DNA from: Octopus vulgaris
Taxonomy: Eukaryota
Reading direction: 5' to 3'
NCBI GenBank assembly: GCA_951406725.2
Contig: OX597832.1
Location: forward strand, 40,486,001-40,550,000
DNA: 64,000 bases
The translations under genes and the position numbers were made by a program. Below are positions 13,801 to 27,400 of this stretch, piece by piece. The notes under the pieces were generated by a model, which searched no databases, was not told where the DNA came from, and saw only the letters and a list, made by a program, of their open reading frames with translations. Every line of letters starts with the position of its first letter. Position 1 is the first letter of the stretch.

Positions 13801-16800
13801 TTCAGCATATTGCTCAGCTCGTGTCTATAGTGGAGCACCGTTCCAGTGTCAAGTCCGAATTCACCAGCATAGAGTGGCATGTCACCAACATCCATCACCT
13901 GCTTAACCTCATCGTTGAAGAAGGAGACCCAGGTTTGTACATAATTGATATTTCATAATCCCTTTATAGGTTTCTACTAAATCAGGACTGATAGAGACAC
14001 ACTATTACACCAACCAATCAACTACTTTTACCACATTAGTTTGTTGTTTTATAAGTCATTAGTAATAAGACTCTAGAGTGTTTTGACTTTCTTTTTATTA
14101 ATCATTCGGAAAATGGCTGGAAGTTAATAAAATTTTCACTTTTATACTTCATAACAATTATCTGACCCTATCCCCATTGATTTTTATTTCAAAATAAAGC
14201 AAAAACATTCCTCTTCATGATTGTATCATTTCCAACGCAAATCAAGTTATGTGTGTATCTTTGTCCCACACATACACACACACCATCACTTGACAACCAA
14301 TGCTGGTGTGTTGTTTTGTCCCCGTAACTTAGCAGTTCAGCAAAAGAACCAATAGAATAAGTACTGGGGTTGATTTCGACTAAAAAACCTTTATGGTGGT
14401 GCTCCAACATGGCCACAGTCAAACTGTAAAAGAATATATATATATATATATTCTTCTATTCTTTCTTTTCCTTCTTTCAGTCATTTGACTGCAGCCATGC
14501 TGGAGCACCACCTTTAGTCAAACAAATCGACCCCAGGACTTATTCTTTGTAAGCCTTGTGCTTATTCTATCGGTCTCTTTTGCCGAATCACTAAGTGACG
14601 GGGATATAAACACACTAATAAGCGATGGTGGGGGGACAAACAGAGACACAAATAAGAAACACACACATACTGATTCTGGTAGTGATGATAATCACTGAAT
14701 ATCTGATACTGGATTATTGGAGGTGTTGACTGGGACCGGGTCTACAAGGCTTTGGTCAGCTCAGGGCTATAGTAGAAGACATTTGCCCAAGGTGCCACAC
14801 CATGAGATTGAACCCAGAACCATGTGGTTGGGAAGCAAGCATCTTACCACAGAGCTACACCTGTGCCTATATATTTGAAGCTAATCTTTGTCATTTTATT
14901 CATTAGAATTATTCACATGGAAAATGTGAGTTAATAATTATTATATGAAATCTTGCTAAATAAATACTATTTTTTCTTTTTTTCTATAGATTTCCAACCC
15001 TTGGTTTTGGACAATGCAATGACAACCATGTTGACAAATTTTTCAAAGACTATATCTGAGTTTGAGGAACCCAAAAGAACAACAGCTCTTATTTATAAAA
15101 TTAGATTCGGAATGGCCTGTATTGACAATCTGATCAAGTAAGTAGGACTCCATTAAGACTATTAAATTGTGGAATGTTTGATGCTCATTTAATATTTAAT
15201 ATTTGTCATCATCATCGTTTAACGTCCGCTTTCTATGCTAGCATGGGTTGCGTGATTTTGACTGAGGGCTGGAGAACCAGATGGCTGCACCAGGCTCCAA
15301 TCTTGATCTGGCAGAGTTTCTACAGCTGGATGCCCTTCCTAATGCCAACCACTCCAAGAGTGTAGTGGGTGCTTTTACATGCCACTGGCATGAGGGCCAG
15401 TCAGGTGGTACTGGCAACGACCTCGCTCGAATCTTTTTACACATGCCACTAGCATAGGTGCCAGTAAGGCGACGTTGGTAACGATCACACTCGAATGGTG
15501 CCCTTTTACATGCCACGGCACGGGGGCCAGTTGGCTGCTCTGGCAACGATCACGCTCGGATGGTGCTCTTGGCACCCTACTAGCACAGGCACAAGTGCCA
15601 GTAATGTAAAATGAAATGCCTTACTCAAGGCTACAACATGCTATCCAAATTGAAAATAAATTGTTTTTGACTAAAACAGGATGGTTGCAACACTTAGGTG
15701 CCTCAAGTAATACATCTACTGAATCAGCACTGGCCTGGGGCCTTAACAACAAGGGGTAGATCTCCATGCCAGTGTTTGAAACCTGTTTAATTTCTCCCTC
15801 CCTCTCACACGCACACCTTGTTCACATTATGAGTGACTTTGTTTCTATTTTGTGGCTTTTTCTAGTAAACCAGCTGTGAAATCTTCGGATACTTTCCGTT
15901 TTAATATTCTTGGAATACTTCAACTTTTTCACCGATTCATTGACATTGGCTCAAAAAAGGTACAGTCATGTTTTTTTTCCTACTTAATTTCCTCTCTTTT
16001 CTGTAACATTTTTCCTTGTTCTCAGTATAGGAATCTGCATACTTGTGTGGTAAGAAGTTTGCTTCCCAACCACATGGTTCTGGGTTCAATCCCACTATAT
16101 GGCACCCTAGGCAAGTGTCTTCTACTGTAGCCTCAGGCCGACCAAAACTTTGTGAGTGGATTTGGTAGACGGAAACTGAAAAAAGTTCATCATGTGTGTG
16201 TGTTGTGTTTGTCCACCACCACTTGACAACTGGTGTTGGTGTGTTTACGTCCTCATTACTTAGTAGATTGGCAAAAGAGATCAATAGAGTAAGGACCAGG
16301 CTTAAAACAAAAAAAAGTACTGGGGTTGATTCATTCTTCAAGGCAGTGCCCCAGCATGGCCACAGTCTAATGGCTGAAACTAGTTGAAAGATAAAGATAT
16401 ATATATATATATATCATCATCATCATTTAACTTCCGCTTTCCTTGCTAGCATGGGTTGGACGATTTGACTGAGGACTGGCGAACCAGAAGGCTGCGCCAG
16501 GCTCCAGTCTTGATCTGGCAGAGTTTCTACAGCTGGATGCCCTTCCTAACGCCAACCACTCTGAGAGTATATATATTGTAGAGATATCAGAGTTTGAAAG
16601 ACAGTTGAATGGAGATTGAGGAACAGCTACATAGAGAGAAAGAGATAAGGGACGGTAGGAAAGAAACATATTCTGTTATGGGGAAGTATATGTGTGTAGG
16701 TGCATGTCCTTGAGGTTCGTGTTTTGGGGCTCAGCTCATAAGGTTGTGAGTACAATTCCAAAGTTGGGCAGCATGTATCCTTGAGCAAGGTACTTCATTT

Positions 16801-18429
16801 TACATTGCTCCAGTTGTCTCCACCGAAAATAAGCGCCAACAGCAACTGACAGATAACCCTGCAACCGACTGAGATTCCATTGAATGGGGAATCTTTAGCT
16901 CTCAGTCCCTTAAATGTCTCAGGAACCAAATGCGTCTGTGAGCTTGAGGTAGACTTTAACTAAGCTTTGTATGTGTTTTATCATGATCCTCATCAGTTTT
17001 ACATCTGCTTTTTGCAAAGACAAAGTCAGATATGAATTAGAAGCAGCTCAAGGTATATAAACAAAACCAAACACACACACTCACAAGGTGTGTGTGTGTT
17101 GTTAGATTGTGGATCTGCTGCATCTTAGGCATAAGAGAATATATTCTCAAAGCACCTGGGGTTGAAATCACCTGACAGTAAGTCATAGGCAAGCAAGACA
17201 ACTCACATTAGGTTCCTTTCTCAGAGTGACAGACATCGATGTTTCGTCATTGTCGCAACTTTTCAATGCTGCCTACCGAACAAGGCCATAAAAAGTCGCA
17301 ACGGTGACAAAACATTGATGTCTGTCACTCTGAGAAGGGATCTGATGTGAGTTCTCTCACCTGCCTATGGCTTACTTTCAAGTGTTTATAACACCAGGCA
17401 TATTGGGAATGTATTCTGTTATGCCTAAAATGCAGCCAACTCACAAACTAACAACACACACACCTTATGTATGCGTTCAATTTTGTTTATACACATATAG
17501 GATGGGCTTCTGTCAGTTCTGTTACCCGAATCCACTCACAAGGCTTTGGTTGGTTCGGGACTATAGTAGAAGACACTTGTTTAAGGTGCCATGCTGTGGG
17601 ACTAAACCCAACACCACTTGGTCGGGAAGGAAGTTTCTTAACCATACAGCCACACCTCATATAAACTCAGGCATGGCTTTGTGGGCAACAGGATCTCTTT
17701 GCAGCGATGTAGTTTTGAGCAAATGTCTCCAGTTAAAGCCCTTAACCAGTCAAAGCCTTGTGTGTGTGTGTGCAAATGTGTTTGAATGTTGATGTCCTAT
17801 CACTTCACTTGACAGTGCTTGAATGAAATGATGTTATGATTTCTTGTTAACATAGCATTAGCCACTGAGCACTTTTGAAAACTTGTGGAATAAAAGGTCC
17901 CTTACTTTGGAAACGGGTCATCTAGGCATAAAATCTTCCTCAAATAAGTCCCTATCTCACCCATGGTAGCAGGGGAAAACATGTTTCTATAAATGTGTGT
18001 GTTATATCTTTTTAAGCTATGAGGCTACGTATATATATATGTGTGTATAAGCTATGAAACTATATATCCATGGAAGCTGCCTGTTTTAAACTAATTCCTT
18101 CATTTATGGCTTTTCTATTACCGGAGATTTTTTTTTTTGTGGGGGTATATATTTTTTTATAATTGTCTTTGTACTCGTTTTACTTGTTTCGTGTGTTTCA
18201 CCAAAATTTTTTCCCATTAACATCCACAGTCAATGCAGTCCCTCCGTAAAGAATTGTACACCTCCTACCAACCTGTCCTAATACAGCAAGCCACCAGTTT
18301 GCTGGCTTGTCTCATTAAACAGTAAGTTACTTGTCTTACAAACTAACACTGAGCATGTCTTCTGTTTTGCATGAATGATATTGTTGTGGCTAAAGTTTTG
18401 GTATCATAAATTCTTTTTCCCTCCCTCCC

Positions 18430-18475
<46 letters not shown>

Positions 18476-21400
18476 ACATTGCATGTTATGCTTAGATGCA
18501 ATACACTTTACCAGAAGCTTTTGACTTGAGGCCAGTAAAACATCCCTGGACAAAATACCGCTAAGCATTTTGCCCAGCTTGCTACCTTGAATAATAATAA
18601 TAATAATAATGACCTCAGGACGATGAACCTTTCTCAGGTGAGGTGACAAAAGACCAAGATACCTGACACCTTCCTGTACTCAAGAAGACCCATACTCCAC
18701 AGCAGAAGTCTTAAGACTGATCCTTCTGGTGATGTAAAGTACTTGTGACAGTGCCATGTAAAAGCGCTTGTGTGGCAACATGTGAAGGCGCTTGCCCTGT
18801 GCCATATAAAAGCACCCAGTACACTCTGTAAAGTGATTGGCATTAGGAAGGGCATCCAGCCGTATAAACCATGCCAGATCAGACTGGAGTCTAGAGCAGC
18901 ACCCCCAGCTTACCAACATGGACAACGGACATTAAATGATGATGATGATGAAAATAAGTGTAGTGCACACGTCACACATTTATAATATACACCTCTCTCA
19001 CATTTACTTTCTCCTCCATCCTAAATAGATAAAACTTTTTTTTTACCTGAATAATCACACGAGTGGTGTTGAAGTGAATCATCGACTTTGAATAAATAAA
19101 TAAATTCTACTACAGGATTTAAGTCCCTTTCTGTCTGTTGAGGATATCATTACCATCATTTTTTACATCCACTTTCCATGGGAGGAGACAATATGTATGT
19201 ATGTATATATATTTTTACTTGTTTCAGTCATCTGAATGCAGCTATGCATTTGACTAAAACCTTGAAGGGTTTTAGTCAAACAAATCAACCGCAAGACTCT
19301 TTTTTTTTAATTTTAAGCCTAGTACTTATTCTATCAGTCTCTCTTACCAAAAGCACACCAATACCAGTTGTCAAGCGGTGGTTGGGGACAACACACACAC
19401 ACGCACATAGATATAGCTATACACACACATGAAGTGTGTGTGTGTATGCATACACACCTGCAGTTTTCATCTACCTAGTGCACTCACAAGGCTTTGGTCA
19501 GCTCGTGCCTATAGTGGAAACACTTGCCCAAGGTCCCAAACATTGGGACTGAACCCAGAACCATTAGATTAGGAAGCAAGCTTCTTACCACACAGCCACA
19601 TTTGTGCCTATATACATACATACATGGGGAGCAAAAATATATATACATACATATGTATGTATGTATATTTTTGCTCCCCGTCCACATGGTTCCAGGGCTG
19701 AGTCCCACTGCATGGCGACATCTTAGGCAAGTGTTTTCCGTTATAGCCACAAGCTGTCCAGAGCCTTGTCAGTGGATTTGGTAGATGCAAACTGGAAGTA
19801 GTCTGTCGTATATGTATGTATATGTGTGTGTGTGCGTGTGTTGCTATCCCTTATTCTAGTCAGTGCATTATAGTTATAAGCAAGCGTCATTGTCACACTG
19901 CAGTATCTTTTATTTCCAATCTTTGAAAACATGTCTAACTATGGAAGAATATAAAATTTGATGACTGGCATCTGTGCTAGTGGAGCGCTAAGAGAACCGT
20001 ACAAGCGGGACTGTTGCCAGAGCAACAAGCTGGCCTCCGTGCCGGTGTCACATAAAAAACACCATTCGAGCGTGATCGTTACCTGCGTCGCCTTACTGGC
20101 ACTTGTGCTGGTTGCACGTGAAACAACATTCAAGTGAGGTCGTTGCCAGTGCCGCTGGACTGGCTCCTGTGCAGGTGGTACATAAAAAGCACCATTTGAG
20201 CATGACCGTTGCCAGTACTGCCTGACTGGCCCTCATGCCGGTGGCATGTAAAAGTACCCACTACACTCTCGGAGTGGTTGGCATTAGGAAGGGCATCCAG
20301 CTGTAGAAACTCTGCCAGATCAGATTGGAGTCTGGTTTGCCAGACCTCAGTCAAATCGTCCAACCCATGCTAGCATGGAAAGCAGACGTTAAACGATGAT
20401 GATGATTACCTTACTTGGAAACAGGTGATGGTTGGCTACAAGAAGTGTGTCTGAACTGTTCAAGCATAGAAAGGTGGAGCAGGGGCCACAGCAGCAGGTT
20501 TTATCCAAAATAATAATTCTTGATTTATTCATACTCTGAATCCTAGATTGTCTCTTTTTTGTTTCTATAGAATTTGTTTCCGTCTTTTTCAGTATCCGAA
20601 GTCTGTTGGCTCCATTTACTCTCATAGTTAATGATTTGTTCAGAAAATTCCTGAACAAAGCTGTTGGCACCAAAAGTGACACAACAATATTAGTATACAG
20701 GTAAGTCATTCAGTCAACCGTTACGTCTGTCGTCAATCTTTTCCATTACTATTTTGTACCTTCTGTAGCAGTGATGTAATTATTTGACAGATTAATGTGT
20801 TTGCTAAAATTCCCAGGTTCAGTTCCGACTGTTAATGGTGTGTTTCCTGCTTGCCTCAAATGGATGACGATGACAATTTATCATTAGGGGGTCTAATAAA
20901 ATGGCTATAGTTTGGTTGTGGCTCTTGATATTCTGAGTTCAAATTCCATGGAACTTGACTTACCTCTCATCCTTGTGGGGTCAATAGAGTAAGGCTGCAT
21001 AAGTTTGAGTGGAATTATGATAAAAAATCAGGAAGACAATAATAGTTCATATTCTTAGGCTACAGACCCATTGTAATTTTGTTCATTTTCATTGATTTTG
21101 TCCACTTCCATTAGAAAATAACCCTCAACGTCCTTGCTTTATTTAATTCTGTATATTTTCACCCTTCAAGGAACACAAAAGCTGAAATATATTCCTGCCT
21201 TGCCTTCTATCTACAAGTTTTGAAGAGTGCAGTCGATAGACAGGGCTTCACAACATTTCTCATTAGTCATATACTTCGAGATATCAACATTGAAGAATCG
21301 ACAATGAAGGTGAGATAACCTCTGGCTGTGTTTGCCCTAGTACTCTCTTCTCTCTCTCTCTCCCTCCCTCAAGTGGTGTTGTATTAGTCTTCATGTGTAA

Positions 21401-24400
21401 TGGTGTTATATCTGCCTATATATGTTGCGGATAGTCCATCTCTGTCATGCTTTGTCTGAATATTATGTTTAGCCAACACTGCTGAATGTTTGGTCTCCTG
21501 TGGTGATGTTGTGTTTAGTTAACATTTCTTTGTCCTTTCGTCATCAGATGATCAACACCAATAAAAAAGGTCGACCAAATCCATTGAAAAGTCAGAACAC
21601 CACAGAAGGAGATTTAGCTGTCAAAGCTCTTACAGGTAAGTCCTCCTATTGTTTTCTTACCTGATCATCACAGTTGATAAATAAAGTCTAAGTACTGAAA
21701 ATCATATCACTCTTTCTCTCTCACCTGCATTTGTCCGTCTGTTCTGCCGGCTTAGTTCTTCCCTGTCTTCAACAGAAGCACCTTAAACCTTGTATACTGT
21801 TTGCTCCATATTCTCATTTAAAATACTTTGCATTCAGATTTATTGAATTCCGTTTCTTTTACAGCCTTGCGTTGGATAATCCTCACTACTGGGCCAAGGA
21901 TAAATGCAAAATTCTTAAATGTAAGTTATTACAGCAGTTCATGTTGTTGTTGGGTCCTGTCAATAATCCTTATTATTATTTTAGTTTTTTGTCACACGTT
22001 CTGTGACCGTTTCAGCTACTCTCTATTCCACATGGCTCCCCTTGCTCTGTTTATTCCATTTTTCTATATAATATATATACATATATATATACACGCTCTC
22101 TCTCCTTGGCTGGGTAACTATGTACCTCTTCTACAGCAAGACACTTGTTTCTGCTTCTCTGTCTCCATCACACTCAAACCTTTCATCTAACACAAGATCA
22201 CCTTCCCCCAATGACCCCTTTCCTCTCAAAATTCCTTGTCTTGCAAGTTACTTGGTGACCCTGCCAGTACTGTTGCCTCATAAAAAGCATCCGGTCCACA
22301 CTGTAAAGTGGTTGGCATTTGGAAGGGCATCCAGCTGTAACAACTGTGCTGAAACATACTCAGAATTCTGGGGCAGGCTCTTGCCTGGCCAACTCTGTCA
22401 AACCATCAAACCCATGCCAGCATGGGAGACGGAAATTACATGACAATGATATATATATATATATATATATATACACGCACATACACAACGGCCTTCTTTC
22501 AGTTTCTATCTGCCTAGGGCTACAGTAGAAGATACTTTCCCAAGGTGCCATGCTTTGATTTAAAGGATGCTAATTTTAAATGAGTATAAGTCTGTTAAAG
22601 TTATGTAATAATCGTATTATAGATACAAGACTAGTTTTTATTAATATACAGTGAAAATTGGGATGGTGGACTGGAGAAAGAAAAAACAGAAAACTGGTCA
22701 TTGAACATAATTTTTACTTTTCAGTTTTTTTATTCCATTTTCAATTATCAACATGATATTGGTGTTAGTTTTAATTACCGTATTTGCCAGCATATAAGAC
22801 GTACACCTACTTTAAAAGTATATTTTGTGGTAAAAAGAAATTTAATGTTTCATCATATACTCAGTATAGCATCCATAATATGATTGCATTAGACGCATGG
22901 CAATTTTTTGTCATCGCATGATCCTTTGACGTCTGTTTTCCATACTGGCATGGGTTGGACAGTTTGACGAGAGCTGCACCAAACTCCAGTCTGATTTGCC
23001 TTTGTTTCTATGGCTGGATGCCCTTCCTAGCACCAACCACTCTACAGTGTGTGCTGAGTGCTTTTACGTGACACCGAAAAAAAGTATGTCTTGTCCACTG
23101 GTATATAACAGTAACTACCAACAAACACGGTGATCATGATAATTTTTTATGAATTACCAACTTAGTGTTGGTGGCATTTTTAATTACCAGTAAAGCTGTA
23201 GTGACACTTTTAATTATTTACCAACAAGGTGATGCTGACTCTTTCCTTTTTTCCTCCAGGACATTCAGGTATCCTTGCTGCAATGCATTGAGACTTCACT
23301 CCTGCAGCAGTTTCCACACCAAATGACAGGTAAACGGCGGAAGGAGCAATACCACTGTTTAGTGGCGCTGGGCACAGTCCGTCACGCCTACTACAGTCCG
23401 CCCATAGCTGCCATTATGTCCCTGTTGAACCGAGCATCGCAGGAAGACACTGATTTAGAGGTAAGTCTTACATTATCAACACCATTGTCATCATCATCAT
23501 CAACACAAACCATTGAAGGAAGCTACGTGTGGTTGTTTGACTTGTTAGAAGTAACAGTTGAATTTCTGTCAAATCACTTCCAACCATTTCCCAAAGACAA
23601 ACACATTGAACAGTCTGGAAGAAAAAAATGACGATTGGTCATAGCTAGAATCTCTTTGATTATTGGTCTGTTTGATCAGGGCTGACCTAGAATTAAACAG
23701 CAACAGCTATGGCAATCATTAACACTATCATTATTTTCATCGTTATCATCATCATCACGACCACCACCATCATCCCCATTGCCACCACCATCACATTCTG
23801 CAGACAGATCATATCCACCCTTTCAGGTCTTGGTCAAACAGCTTTTTATTTTCTGCTTTAATAATCTTACAAAACCATAAGCACTGTGAGATTCCTTATA
23901 ATCCTACTTTCTGCCAAGTGCTACATGTATTTTGTGATAACTTGTATCACAAAAATTTACTCCATCTATTCTGCTATGGCAACTGACTCCACATTGCTAC
24001 ATCTGTTCAGATTACGGATCAATCGATTTTTAAAGTGGTAGTCGATAGTAAAAGAGGGGAAAGCAAAAGAGGCCCCACTGACTGGATTGGGACCATGTAT
24101 CTATAGCTGGAATCAAGAAAGTCTTTTTTGTAATTTTTTTAAGGTGGAATGGCAGATACTGTTTGTTGTTGTGAGGACACATAGCTAGTGGTGAGGGTTT
24201 CGTACCCCTGATCTTGCAGTTGTGGCTTTGATACCCAGACCAGGCAGTGTGTGGGGCTCTTGAGAAAGCATTTTGTTTCATGTTGCTATTCAATCACTTT
24301 GACGTCTGGCATGTGGTGGTCATGGCTAGAATCATTGGTCTGTTTGATCAGGGCTGGCCTAGGGTTAAACAGCAACAACTGTAACAGTCATTAACACCCT

Positions 24401-27400
24401 CTCAGTCACTACCATCATTATTAACACTGCCATTATTTGCATCGTTATCACCACCATGTTAATTTCAAAGGATTGAACTAATGTACATCAGAAACATTTG
24501 ATCAATCTAAACAAATCATGAGTGTGGGTTCTGCAAAGAAATTGCCGAACTCCCATCAGTCATCTATGGCAGGAAAGTCCACAATTTGTTGTTGTAGATA
24601 ATATGGACCTGATTAGATATTTAGTCCAAGCCTTGTCCATGAACCATCGTACTTTTCTGTCTTGAAATTAATGTTTGTGATGTCTTAGACATATACCTGT
24701 TCAGATTTTAGTTATTCTGTTATGTCTTTTTTTAACAGGTTTCCAGTTATTGCCAAGAAGCCATGAGTAGTTTTGAGTTCATAGCTATTGCCTGCCGCTC
24801 TGTCATGTTCCAGACCGTCTCGACACAGCCACAGTCCGAAACTGTGAAAATCAGTTCTAGTCGACCAAGTATGTGGATGATAGAAAACCTTGCTGAATCG
24901 GAACCTAGACAGGCATCGTTCAACAGCTTCCCTCTACAAACAGAATTTGGCGGAACACAACAAAAACAGACAAACGTCAACACGGCTGTTAGTTCAGAAT
25001 CTCTCGCTTACTTGCCTACCCTCTCTCTCAGCCAGTCCAACACAGACAGCTTTAAGAAGACCATCTCTTTTGACGAGGTCAGTGGGAAAAGAATTGACAT
25101 AACACACACCACACACGTTTTATATTTGTATTTTGAAATTTCAATTTTGACATCATTTCTTTGTAATTCATCATTGCTTGTCTGATTTCATCTTAGAAAT
25201 CTTAAAATTACACAAGTTGTGTTTGAAGTGGTCTGCAAAATTAAAATGTAACGAGTAAATACTTTATTTTATAATTTGCAATTAGTAAGGAGTAGCATTG
25301 TTAATTACAAGTTACCAATAGACTAGTCATAAGTTTGCAGCATTTGGGACAGCAAGATTAAAAAGGGAGTGTCTGATTTGGAGTAGAATAAATATTTCAA
25401 GAAGGACACTTTTTTTATTCCTTAGATTTTTTCACATTAGGTTCATTTCCCTCAGTAGGAAATCAAAACTTCAAGGTTCTGCCATTTCATAGGTGCCCCT
25501 TGTCCCACCACTGATGCCGATTTTATTCTCTCTGATTTATGTGGGATCTCTCTCTCTCTTCCAGGGAGCCAGTTCTTCTCAAGCCTCCACCTCCATGCCA
25601 CAAATGGCAGCCCCATCTGAAGTGATCCACATGGACCCAATCTCTGCCAGGGGTGACGCTATGGATGACGTTGTCAGCGAACCTCCATCTGAGTCAAACT
25701 CTGCTGAACCCATTAACTCAGACTCTGACATTCAGGTAATAAAGCTGCTGCTGCTGTTATTGCTTGTTTAACCCTTTACTGTTCGCATTATTCTACCCAA
25801 ATTAATGCTTCTTCATCCACATTGTTTTGAACTAATCATGCATTATCTTCTAACTATGAGATTTTGATGAGGTAGCTGTTAATTTTTAAAATGACATTGT
25901 AGGGTTGGTGTGAGAGAGCAGATCTGGCCAGTTTGGACATAAAACAAGCAGAATACTTTTGGCCGGATATGGCCGGTTTAAATGCTAAAGGGTTAATTAG
26001 GAGTTTAATTTACATTGGCACAGCATTGGGGGAGGGGTCAATTGACTCTTCTACTTGTATTCCCTGAAGAATGAAAGACAACTTAGGCAGGATTTGAACA
26101 CAAAACTCTAAAGGCAAAGTACCACAGCATTTCACTCGATGCTCCAGCTGGCCCTTCTATCTGCTTTTCTAACAATCTACTCTTCTTTCCACTCCAGCCA
26201 CCACCACCACCACCACCACACATGAAAAAAGGTTATCAACCTTAAAGCATGTCAATTTTCTCCCATAGAATATGCTAGTCCTACACGGGTCCTTAAACCC
26301 TCAAGAGTCATAAATCCTTAAAAACAACCCTTCTTACACATAATGTGTAACTATACACACGTCCCAGTGATAAGGAAGCCTTGAGTAACTGAACACACTG
26401 CTGTTATATCTTCCTTCCAACTGTTACTGCAGTAATTCTTTCTTCCCCCTCTCAGGATCCTCTCCTTCCCCTGGAGTGGCATTTCTCCCTGGTTTCCCTA
26501 TGAATTATTATTAATGGAGTTTTGTGTAGGGGCATTTGTTTTTCCACAGTTGTAAATCACACACCATGCTGTCAATCTTATTTACATTTAAATGGATTGA
26601 GCAATTAAGTATCTTGGCCATAATGAACGATACTCCACAGGGGCCTGTTTACAGTTGGGTGGACTGGAACCCCGTTGGTTACGATGGTGAGGGTTCTAAT
26701 TGATCTGAGATCATTGGAACAGCCTGCTTGTGGAATTAACATGCAAGTGGCTGAACACTCCCCAGGCACCCCTGTACCCTTAACATAGTTCTCAGATATA
26801 TTCAACATCACTCAGAATGTGACAAGACTGGCCCTTTGAAATACAGATTCTACTCATTTTTGCCAGCTGAGTGAAGTGGAGCAACATGGAATAAAGTGTC
26901 TTGCTCAAGGAGACAATGCACTGCGAGGTATTGAACTCCTGACCTTACGATCATGAGCTGAGTACTCTAACCACTTAGCCACATGCCTTCACAGTAAGTC
27001 TGGTACCTACATACAGACAGACTAGACTATTGATCGTTGTGTTGGTCATGGACATAGTACACTGAGGTACATAGTGGTACCTTCTTACGGCTGGTCAAGT
27101 GTACTGACCATTATCACAGTACCAGACTATGAACTAGTGACCTTCTCACTAGAATTCCTGTCGTCTATGTTGTCTCTGCTCAGTTGCCAAGTGCCAATAC
27201 CGTTTCCTTAATGTCGGCTAAAACAAATCTTTCTCTCTCTGATACAGTATGTGGAGTGTGGTGAAGATTCCGCAGAAGAAGAGAACAGTGCTGAAGAGGC
27301 AAGTGAAGAAACCAACGAGGTAAGTTCCATTCCTTCCTTCAATTAACACGATGCACCCAGTAAAAATAGTTTTTTAATCATGCACCTACATTCAGAATTT

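Noticed and set aside
14676-14740. Possible C/D snoRNA (GTGATGA at 14682, CTGA at 14695 and 14703, short terminal stem)
   Set aside because: Terminal D box reads CTGG, it sits between SINE fragments, and no rRNA complementarity was recognised
20570-20592. Upstream AG at 20568-20569 as the exon 11 acceptor
   Set aside because: It shifts the frame by 23 nt; 20593 keeps the phase and the PELP1 similarity
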